Shown one piece after another: positions 1-5,957 of a stretch of 64,000 nt of DNA. The position numbers were made by a program, and so were the translations under genes. The notes beneath the pieces are model-generated. The model made no database searches, was not told the DNA's origin, and was given only the letters and a program-made list of their open reading frames with translations. The stretch's first letter is position 1. Each line of letters opens with the position of its first letter. Source of the stretch: an uncultured bacterium (GTDB lineage Bacteria; Hydrothermota; Tepidihabitantia; Tepidihabitantales; DTDR01); assembly GCA_938040315.1 (NCBI GenBank), contig CALHQW010000024.1, positions 599-64,598 on the forward strand. Reading direction: 5' to 3'.

Positions 1-811
1 TTGCTTCATCATATTTTCCTAAATTGCTATAAATATTTCCTAATCCAAAATAAAAATCAGGAGAAAATATTATTTTTAATTCTATTTCTAATTTCACCAA
101 TTTTTGAATTATTTCTTTAATTTTCTCATACTCAGGTTTCTTTATAAATCCAATACTATACTCAGAAAATTCTGTCAAAACTTGATTAACTTCCGCTTTT
201 TTCTCTTTTGGAATTTCAGGTGGAAGGTATGATTGTTTAATCAGTAAAATTATATCGTCTTTAAGTTTGATAAGATTATCTTCTAAGATTTTTTTTAATT
301 CCTCCGTCTTTCTCCAGTCATAAGATTGATAATGTAAGTCTTTAACATCGGATAAATGTTTATCTACATCTAATTTTGGATTTGGAATTCTATGAGTATC
401 AAATTTTGATTTTATTTTCTCATCAAGATAAAGATTTTTAACATCAATCTCCGCATTTTTATCTTTCAAAACTATGATAGGCTTTCTTTTTGCAAGTAGA
501 AGTCCATATTCCAAAACAACATTCGGTCTCAAGCCATCCAATATCACTATTCCCAAAACACATTTATCCAACAATTCCAAAAGTTTTTCAAGGTTACTTT
601 CTTGGGATTTAATTGCCTCAGATAAAGTTTTTACTTCAAAATAATTTCCTATTACTTCCTTAATAATATTTATTACATGCTCAATATAATCTACATATTT
701 CTTATCCGGATGCACCACTACACATATATGTCCTTTGCTTACTTCTAATAAAGGCTCTAACTCTTTGGGAATATAAACCTCTTTTTGGATTTTTATTCTT
801 TCTTCCTTCAT
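1..811 (-). CDS. TIR-like nucleotide-binding domain + TPR repeat protein (C-terminus runs off the window start)
   Basis: Minus-strand frame is open from ATG 809-811 to the window edge. It is absent from the ORF track because no stop lies in the window. My translation reads MKEERIKIQKEVYIPKELEPLLEVSKGHICVVVHPDKKYVDY...CVLGIVILDGLRPNVVLEYGLLLAKRKPIIVLKDKN, which resembles the bacterial TIR-like (COG4271 / CAP12-type) core. The distal part ...FYFGLGNIYSNLGKYDEA is a TPR signature. Confidence 0.55.
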   Translation of the reverse strand, partial: MKEERIKIQKEVYIPKELEPLLEVSKGHICVVVHPDKKYVDYIEHVINIIKEVIGNYFEVKTLSEAIKSQESNLEKLLELLDKCVLGIVILDGLRPNVVLEYGLLLAKRKPIIVLKDKNAEIDVKNLYLDEKIKSKFDTHRIPNPKLDVDKHLSDVKDLHYQSYDWRKTEELKKILEDNLIKLKDDIILLIKQSYLPPEIPKEKKAEVNQVLTEFSEYSIGFIKKPEYEKIKEIIQKLVKLEIELKIIFSPDFYFGLGNIYSNLGKYDEA

Positions 812-818
812 CTTTTAG

Positions 819-847
819 ACTATACAAAAAAAATTTTTTTCTGTCAA
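819..847 (-). promoter_or_regulatory. sigma70-like promoter TTGACA-17-TATAGT, with the -10 ending 7 nt before the ATG (leaderless geometry)
   Basis: The reverse complement of 812-847 reads TTGACAgaaaaaaattttttttgTATAGTctaaaagATG. There is no SD. Confidence 0.45.
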
Positions 848-907
848 TTAAAAAAAAGTGGTAACCTGAACCCCTACTTTTCCGTCATATATATAAAGGA
901 GTAAAAT

Positions 908-1132
908 ATGAAATTTTACCTAACAGATGAAGAGAAAAGAAAAATAAAAAACTTAGGCATCCTAAAAACAAGCCAAGCGGCCTACTTCCTTAACGTCGAT
1001 AGAAAAACTATCATCAGACTTATTAAAAAGGGCCTACTAAAAGCAAAACGCTCTAAAACCTATAAAAAAGGGATGTTCCTTATCAAAGGCGATAACTTAA
1101 TTAAATTTGTTGAAGAATTCTTGGAAGGTTAA
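908..1132 (+). CDS. excisionase-family / MerR-like helix-turn-helix DNA-binding protein
   Basis: 74 aa. The segment LKTSQAAYFLNVDRKTIIRLIKKGLLKAKR...IKGDNLIKFVEEFL matches the excisionase-type HTH pattern. SD AAGGAG lies upstream. Confidence 0.6.
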   Translation: MKFYLTDEEKRKIKNLGILKTSQAAYFLNVDRKTIIRLIKKGLLKAKRSKTYKKGMFLIKGDNLIKFVEEFLEG

Positions 1133-1221
1133 AAATGCTCCAAAAATGTCCCAAAAATGTCCCAATCTGCCCCAAAGTGTCCCAATCTGCCCCAAAGTGT
1201 CCCCAACTGCCACAAACTGTC
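1131..1221. repeat. array of about 9 helically phased 9-11-bp direct repeats (consensus CC(C)AAANTGTC), also readable as 20-bp units CCCAAAGTGTCCCAATCTGC; iteron- or arm-site-like
   Basis: Read directly from the sequence: AAAAATGCTC CAAAAATGTC CCAAAAATGTC CCAATCTGC CCCAAAGTGTC CCAATCTGC CCCAAAGTGTC CCCAACTGC CACAAACTGTC. Confidence 0.8.
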
Positions 1222-1261
1222 CGTTTACTTTCACTCCTAAAATCACTATATTTTTCTATGT

Positions 1262-1534
1262 ATGAATGATAAAAAAATAATAAAAATTGTATGTCGAGGT
1301 TTAAGGGTAAATGCTCCTATTAAAATGATTGTGGAACTTAAGCCTGTGGAATCTTTTGACTATAAAAATTGCGTTTCCGAAATGGATTTCTTCGCCGTTA
1401 ATCTTATACAACACGCCGATATATCACTATCCGTCAGATTAATAAGAGAATTACTGCAAAGATTACCAGCAATGTTTCCTCCTGATATAAATAAAATTAT
1501 TAACGAATTCGAAGATAAAGACAACAAAGTATGA
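1262..1534 (+). CDS. hypothetical protein (mobile-element ORF)
   Basis: 90-aa ORF, co-directional with the block. Its stop overlaps the next start (ATGA at 1531-1534). No family recognised. Confidence 0.4.
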   Translation: MNDKKIIKIVCRGLRVNAPIKMIVELKPVESFDYKNCVSEMDFFAVNLIQHADISLSVRLIRELLQRLPAMFPPDINKIINEFEDKDNKV

Positions 1535-1884
1535 CTTTGAGCACCTATGGAGCACCTATGACCTTGAGCACCTTTGATATTTATAATATGAAAAGAATAA
1601 CCAGAAGAGCCCTACCCTACCCTGATATCTCCATGCCTATTATTATTAAGAAAATTAAGAAGACCGCTATCTTAAAGATATTTTATAGTTCTATAAAAAT
1701 TAGTCCGAGTTATTTTGTTAAAAGGTTTCTTTCTCTTTTTATCAATGCTTTTCTTTCCCTTTTTAATAATAAGATAGAAAATAAGATTGTTATTGAAAAA
1801 TCAAGGAGTTTTAAGTTTTTAAGATTGGGCGGAAGTTTTTGGAAAGAAAAAAAGGAGTTAAACTATGCCATTAAAACCACCTGA
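1531..1884 (+). CDS. hypothetical protein, possibly membrane-associated
   Basis: 117-aa ORF. The N-terminus carries a duplicated MTLST(Y/F) peptide that comes from a DNA duplication. Composition is low-complexity. Confidence 0.3.
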   Translation: MTLSTYGAPMTLSTFDIYNMKRITRRALPYPDISMPIIIKKIKKTAILKIFYSSIKISPSYFVKRFLSLFINAFLSLFNNKIENKIVIEKSRSFKFLRLGGSFWKEKKELNYAIKTT

Positions 1885-2245
1885 TAGAAGAATAAATAAA
1901 TGGGATATCAAAGTAGATGCTGATGTAATCAAGCAGACAATCCTAAGACATAAAAATATAATGAAAACTTATTACACCGCTGCCGCTGAATACTTCTATG
2001 ATAAAGAAGTAAGAACAAAGGCAATCTTAGATGAAAACGGAGTTTTACCCTCTCTATATCCAATGTATTATAACTTCACAAGGGAAATCGGAAGAAAAAT
2101 CTATTATGTCGGACTTGGTGGCGCAACCCTTCTATCCGAAGCATTAATAATAAAAGCAAAATGGACCTCTCGCGGACTTGATGAAACTATCCTTAATTTA
2201 ATTCTCGTAAATGTTTTTGGTATTACTCCACCTGCTGGACCATAA
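1865..2245 (+). CDS. hypothetical 126-aa protein, paralog A of a tandem pair
   Basis: SD AAGGAG lies upstream. Shares the motifs YPxYYxxTREIxR, KWxxxGL and NVFG(I/L)xPP with the next ORF. Confidence 0.55.
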   Translation: MPLKPPDRRINKWDIKVDADVIKQTILRHKNIMKTYYTAAAEYFYDKEVRTKAILDENGVLPSLYPMYYNFTREIGRKIYYVGLGGATLLSEALIIKAKWTSRGLDETILNLILVNVFGITPPAGP

Positions 2246-2269
2246 ATTTAATTAAAAAGGAGGTTTAAA

Positions 2270-2650
2270 ATGGCAAGAGATGCTTATTATACAGTAAATA
2301 AGTATGCTAATAAGATGGCAGGTGCCCATTTAGGACCTGCCTTCTCTAATCAGCATACTTTAATGGTTGTAAATTATGCTACTTACTACGGCGAAATCTG
2401 CTCCCTTATCGACCAAACAAAAGATATCCTCCACGGACAAGGCATTAGAATATCCCAATATCCCTATTATTTAACCTACACAAGAGAAATATACCGACAT
2501 TGGAAAAGATACTCCGGCCGAACTTTATACGCAATAAGAGACGCAATAAGAGATAAATGGCAAGCCTGGGGACTCTCTCTTACTATAATGAAACTCATCG
2601 ACCAAAACGTCTTCGGACTTCCACCTACTACTCCACCTCTTACACCTTAA
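2270..2650 (+). CDS. hypothetical 126-aa protein, paralog B of a tandem pair
   Basis: SD AAGGAGG lies upstream. Same length and same conserved motifs as 1865-2245. Confidence 0.6.
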   Translation: MARDAYYTVNKYANKMAGAHLGPAFSNQHTLMVVNYATYYGEICSLIDQTKDILHGQGIRISQYPYYLTYTREIYRHWKRYSGRTLYAIRDAIRDKWQAWGLSLTIMKLIDQNVFGLPPTTPPLTP

Positions 2651-2669
2651 TTTAAAGGAGAAGTTAAAT

Positions 2670-2750
2670 GGGATGGGCCGAAAATTCCTTAATAGACGTA
2701 AAAACCCCTTCTCTACCTCTTACAAGGAAGCGGGATTTTCCGCCCATCCC
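2670..2750 (+). other. long-range stem-loop (15 of 16 bp), GGGATGGGCcGAAAAT / ATTTTCcGCCCATCCC, with a ~49-nt loop
   Basis: Arms at 2670-2685 and 2735-2750, read directly. The arms are GC-rich within an AT-rich block. The element overlaps a possible 46-aa ORF at 2668-2808 that has an AAAGGAG SD. Confidence 0.4.
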
Positions 2751-2804
2751 GCACAAGGTTAGGACCTTGGGACACCTTAAAATTTTTATTAAAAGGAGGA
2801 AAAA

Positions 2805-3224
2805 ATGAAAATACTAAAAATAAAAAAAGTAAATAATAAAAAATTATTTAAAGAAAAATTAAAATCTTCCCTATCCAAAAACTCTCAAAAAGACTTAAAA
2901 AATCTTATCGATAAATACTATAAAATAAAAACCCTCGCCGAACATCTCGAAGGACAAAGACAAGCATTAAGAACCTTAATTATCTATCTAATGGAAGAGA
3001 AAAATATAAAATCCCTTGATACCGGTAAATATCTATGCGAATTATACACAATGGAACAAACAAGACTCGATATCGAAGAGATGAAAAGAACCTTACCAAA
3101 AGAACAACTTGAACTATTCGAAATTAAATTACAAACAAAGGCATTAAGAGTAATACCAAAAAACGAAGAAGAAGCAGTAAAAGATGTTATTAATAAATAC
3201 CCAAAAATATTTAAAAGGGGATAA
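2805..3224 (+). CDS. hypothetical Lys/Glu-rich, probably coiled-coil protein
   Basis: 139-aa ORF with SD AAGGAGG upstream. No family recognised. Confidence 0.5.
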   Translation: MKILKIKKVNNKKLFKEKLKSSLSKNSQKDLKNLIDKYYKIKTLAEHLEGQRQALRTLIIYLMEEKNIKSLDTGKYLCELYTMEQTRLDIEEMKRTLPKEQLELFEIKLQTKALRVIPKNEEEAVKDVINKYPKIFKRG

Positions 3225-3227
3225 AAA

Positions 3228-3425
3228 ATGAAAACAAAAAATCTATCTTTTACCTGTTTTATAACCTACGACGAAACACCCGGCTTTCCCTGTATCTATG
3301 AATTGAAAACAAAATTAGTAAGAAACCAATTATTTGTTAATATCTCAATGTCCTTTGATGTTCCCTTTATAATCAAAAGAAGAATAACTGTCGGCTTTTC
3401 TGTTAAATTAGTGCGTGCAAAATAA
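3228..3425 (+). CDS. hypothetical protein
   Basis: 65-aa ORF with a weak SD (AAGGGG), co-directional with the block. Confidence 0.35.
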   Translation: MKTKNLSFTCFITYDETPGFPCIYELKTKLVRNQLFVNISMSFDVPFIIKRRITVGFSVKLVRAK

Positions 3426-3428
3426 TAT

Positions 3429-3605
3429 ATGATTTATAAATTCTTCATCTCCCTTTCTTTAATAATTGTCTTTCTTATTCTGAAATTAAAAGGAATAAAT
3501 TCAATAACCGATACAATAGCGATGGCGATTATTGTATTCTGGCTTGGCTGGGAGTTTTCTAAATATAACCGATATAAAAGAGATAAAATAAATAATGATA
3601 AATAA
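3429..3605 (+). CDS. holin-like small membrane protein (58 aa; below the ORF-track cutoff)
   Basis: My translation is MIYKFFISLSLIIVFLILKLKGINSITDTIAMAIIVFWLGWEFSKYNRYKRDKINNDK. It has two hydrophobic helices and a basic tail. Its end overlaps the start of the M15 peptidase gene. Confidence 0.4.
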   Translation: MIYKFFISLSLIIVFLILKLKGINSITDTIAMAIIVFWLGWEFSKYNRYKRDKINNDK

Positions 3606-3963
3606 TTGGGAATTAGTAAAGAAGTATTTTAAGAGGGAAGAGTTTATCTGTCCTTGTTGTGGCAAGGAAGAGATGGTTTTTGAGTTTATATTAAAATTAT
3701 ACAAAGCGCGCGAGATTGCAAAAGTTCCCTTTATAATTCTTTCTGGTTATCGTTGTAAAAAGCATAATCAAGAGGTTGGCGGAGTTATTAATTCTTATCA
3801 TCTAAAAGGAGAGGCTTCGGATATAAAATGCGAGGATCCCTTTACCCGTTATATGATGTTAAACTCCTTTTTTCAAGCAGGTTTATATGGAATAATAATA
3901 TACAAAAACTTTATCCATGTAGATAATCGCAAGAATCGTATTTTGCTTTTGAAGTGCTTTTGA
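3595..3963 (+). CDS. peptidase M15A (YcbK / D-Ala-D-Ala carboxypeptidase-like) endolysin
   Basis: The motifs FICPCCG...SGYRCKKHNQEVGGVINSYHLKGEASD...FIHVDNR match the zinc-binding M15_3 pattern. Confidence 0.8.
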   Translation: MINNWELVKKYFKREEFICPCCGKEEMVFEFILKLYKAREIAKVPFIILSGYRCKKHNQEVGGVINSYHLKGEASDIKCEDPFTRYMMLNSFFQAGLYGIIIYKNFIHVDNRKNRILLLKCF

Positions 3964-3978
3964 AATGCTTTTAAATTA

Positions 3979-4689
3979 ATGGATAGTCTAAGGCAGGTTA
4001 TCTCCAAATTTGAGTATGAGAATATGAAAAAAGAGTTTAGCCGGCATCTTGCTAATTTATATCGCCAAATGAGAAGAAAAGAAAGAAAAGTTTTTTATCA
4101 TATTGGTTATCGAAACATGGCTGAAGATGGCTTCTGTTATGAATTTTACAAAAACATTGCCTTTCACACAGACGTTCACAGAAACACCATTTCTAAATAT
4201 GTAAATTTTTTTATTGAAAATAAATTATTAGAAAGAAAAATAATGAAAGCAAAATATCGTTATCGTAAAGGTCTGGTTCTAACTAAATTAGGATTATGTT
4301 TTTATATTTTTATTAATAGACTAAATATTTATTTATATAACAAATTTAAAGAAAATAAAAATTATAAAGAGATAGATTTTTATGATTTTATATATAAATT
4401 TATATTAAATATTTTCTATTTATTTAATAATATCTTAGGTAGTATGCACAATGAGATGCCCAAGGTTAGCAATTTTGATAGTGGAAAATGTGGAAATTTA
4501 GGCTTGGAGGGTAGAGATTTAGTTTTCGGAGATCTAAATTTAGGTTTTAAGGAGTTAAAAAAGCCACCTTCTTATAATGAACATCAAAAAATATGGGAAA
4601 AAAAGCGCGAACAATTTATAAAGTTATACAGAGCGGGTTTCAAACTATCCGAGGATATTATAAAGGAGTATAAATTAGATAAACAATGA
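3979..4689 (+). CDS. hypothetical protein with a putative winged-helix DNA-binding region (regulator or replication-initiator-like)
   Basis: 236 aa. The segment NIAFHTDVHRNTISKYVNFFIENKLLERK is HTH-like. The C-terminal GNLG...GFKELKK tail is duplicated downstream. Confidence 0.4.
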   Translation: MDSLRQVISKFEYENMKKEFSRHLANLYRQMRRKERKVFYHIGYRNMAEDGFCYEFYKNIAFHTDVHRNTISKYVNFFIENKLLERKIMKAKYRYRKGLVLTKLGLCFYIFINRLNIYLYNKFKENKNYKEIDFYDFIYKFILNIFYLFNNILGSMHNEMPKVSNFDSGKCGNLGLEGRDLVFGDLNLGFKELKKPPSYNEHQKIWEKKREQFIKLYRAGFKLSEDIIKEYKLDKQ

Positions 4690-4740
4690 AGGTGCCGAAG
4701 GTCATACCTTGTGCTCAAGGTCCTAAATTTGCGTGTGAAG
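4490..4740. repeat. direct repeat copy 1 (X1 4490-4563 and Y1 4711-4740), upstream of the MNT-HEPN cassette
   Basis: GTGGAAATTTAGG...TTTCGGAGA..AAATTTAGGTTTTAAGGAGTTAAAAAAG and GCTCAAGGTCCTAAATTTGCGTG recur at 5538-5633. Confidence 0.75.
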
Positions 4741-4756
4741 GTCTAACCTTCTTGAC

Positions 4757-5122
4757 ATGAGAAAAAAAATGGTTAAAATTAGAGAAGAATGGAAGGACAA
4801 AATGGAAGAAAAAGTTGTGGAGATTATTAAAGAAGAACTTAAAAAAAGGGGAATTAAAATTATCAAAATTATTCTCTTTGGTTCAAGGGCAAGGGGCAAT
4901 TTTAAAGTTGATAGTGATTGGGACTTTTTTGTTATTATTGACAAAACATTAAATTTCAATGAAAAATGGGATATAATTGATGAAATCAAAATAAAATTAG
5001 CCCAAAAAGGAATTCTCAATGATATTATTTTAAAATCGCCAAAAGAAATAGAAGAGGCAAAGGATGATGTTGGTAGGATTACTTATTATGCTTTAAGAGA
5101 AGGGATACATTATGAGAAATGA
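4757..5122 (+). CDS. MNT-type nucleotidyltransferase (antitoxin of a HEPN/MNT module)
   Basis: The segment LFGSRARGNFKVDSDWDFFVI is the GSxxRG...DxD Pol-beta-type NTase motif. The gene overlaps the downstream HEPN gene. Confidence 0.8.
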   Translation: MRKKMVKIREEWKDKMEEKVVEIIKEELKKRGIKIIKIILFGSRARGNFKVDSDWDFFVIIDKTLNFNEKWDIIDEIKIKLAQKGILNDIILKSPKEIEEAKDDVGRITYYALREGIHYEK

Positions 5123-5516
5123 AAAAACTATAAAAAATTGGATTTTTTTAGCAAATGGAGATTTAAAAACTGCCCAAGATGAACTGAAATCGGAAGATCC
5201 TTTTACCAACTCAATATGTTTTCATGCTCAACAATGTGTTGAAAAATATCTTAAGGCTTATCTTACTTTAGTTGGTGAACCCTTTGGCAAGACCCATGAC
5301 ATCGCACTATTAATTGAATTGTGTAAAAAATACGATACTAAATTTGATGAACTATATCAATTAAAGGCTCATAAATTAAATAGGTATGCAGTGGAGTTAA
5401 GATATCCTGAAGATTTTTACATTCCAACAATTGAGGAGGCAAAAGAAAGTATTGAGATTGCCAAAAAAGTTAAGGAATTTGTGTTAAAAGAAATTGAAAA
5501 ATACGGCATTATATGA
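5112..5516 (+). CDS. HEPN domain protein (toxin of a HEPN/MNT module)
   Basis: 134 aa, helical. The segment LNRYAVELRYPED matches the HEPN pattern. Pairing with an upstream NTase is the canonical arrangement. Confidence 0.8.
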   Translation: MRNEKTIKNWIFLANGDLKTAQDELKSEDPFTNSICFHAQQCVEKYLKAYLTLVGEPFGKTHDIALLIELCKKYDTKFDELYQLKAHKLNRYAVELRYPEDFYIPTIEEAKESIEIAKKVKEFVLKEIEKYGII

Positions 5517-5656
5517 AAAAGGATATCCACAAAGGAGGTGGAAATTTAGGTTTCGGAGACAAAAATTTAGGTTTTAAGGAGTTAAAAAAGTCTTCTGATT
5601 TAGTTGCTCAAGATCCTAACCTTGCGTGCGATGTTAAATATAATGGACGAAGATAA
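5513..5656 (+). pseudogene. 47-aa ORF that is a shortened duplicate of the C-terminal tail region of the 3979-4689 product
   Basis: An ATGA start/stop overlap links it to HEPN. It translates as MKKDIHKGGGNLGFGDKNLGFKELKKSSDLVAQDPNLACDVKYNGRR, compared with ...GNLGLEGRDLVFGDLNLGFKELKKPPS in the longer copy. Confidence 0.3.
5538..5633. repeat. direct repeat copy 2 (X2 5538-5590 and Y2 5603-5633), downstream of the MNT-HEPN cassette
   Basis: Hand alignment to 4490-4563 and 4711-4740. Relative to copy 1, this copy lacks about 21 nt within X and the 147 nt that separate X1 from Y1, where only 12 nt separate X2 from Y2. Confidence 0.75.
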
Positions 5657-5682
5657 TTTATGGGATGAGAAAAAAATATTGA

Positions 5683-5952
5683 CATAAAATAAAAAAATGG
5701 CTTGCTTGTTGGGTTGAAGTTTTTAGCAATTATGCCTATGTTGCTGATTATAATGCTGGTCTCCAGATTTATGAGTTTTACGGCACCGGTATAAGTGAAG
5801 AGAAAGAAACAAGTAAGATAAAACCCCTTTCTTTTAAAGATAAAAAGACCTACGACCTAACTGGCAAAATTATAAAGGGAGAGAAACTGAAAAAAGGCAT
5901 CTACTTCCAAAAAACCGATAAAGGTATAAAAAAGATACTGATTTTAAAATAA
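5683..5952 (+). pseudogene. start-less 3' fragment of an LVIVD-repeat surface protein with a T9SS C-terminal sorting domain
   Basis: The frame is open from 5683 with no in-frame start. Translation: ..WVEVFSNYAYVADYNAGLQIYEFYGTGISEEKE...KKGIYFQKTDKGIKKILILK*. It contains an LVIVD motif and a CTD-like tail. Confidence 0.6.
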
Positions 5953-5957
5953 CTAAA

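Noticed and set aside
1131-1221. A CRISPR array, considered for the 1131-1221 repeats and for the periodic repeats at 42800-45030.
   Set aside because: The 1131-1221 units are contiguous 9-11-mers with no spacers. The 330-bp periodicity at 42.8-45.0 kb is in-frame protein-domain repetition. No 25-40-bp repeat/spacer alternation exists anywhere in the window, and no cas genes are present.
1531-1576. A threefold GAGCACCT box and a 27-bp imperfect duplication (ATGAC(T/C)TTGAGCACCT at 1531-1546 and 1558-1573) at the ORF junction, considered as an operator or frameshift site.
   Set aside because: It is in-frame and simply duplicates the peptide MTLST(Y/F). There is no slippery heptamer or downstream structure. 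It is most simply a small tandem duplication in a poorly supported ORF.
4723-5019. Antisense or alternative-frame ORFs in the supplied track: 3501-3704, 4723-5019, 6352-6540, 10169-10447, 11349-11549, 12740-12928, 16126-16389, 16597-16989, 18914-19132, 20486-20722, 23178-23555, 26080-26364, 26958-27188, 31711-31983, 33418-34343, 35399-35923, 36207-36425, 37609-37872, 38937-42046 (internal ORFs), 46973-48674, 49156-49910, 50890-51105, 51917-52213, 53955-54176, 56767-57092, 58402-58617, 59107-59313, 60978-61698, 61801-63633 (internal ORFs).
   Set aside because: Each lies inside, and mostly antisense to, a CDS with clear family motifs. Their translations are low-complexity (Ser/Phe/Ile/Leu/Lys runs) and typical of shadow frames in AT-rich DNA. 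None has a convincing SD or promoter.
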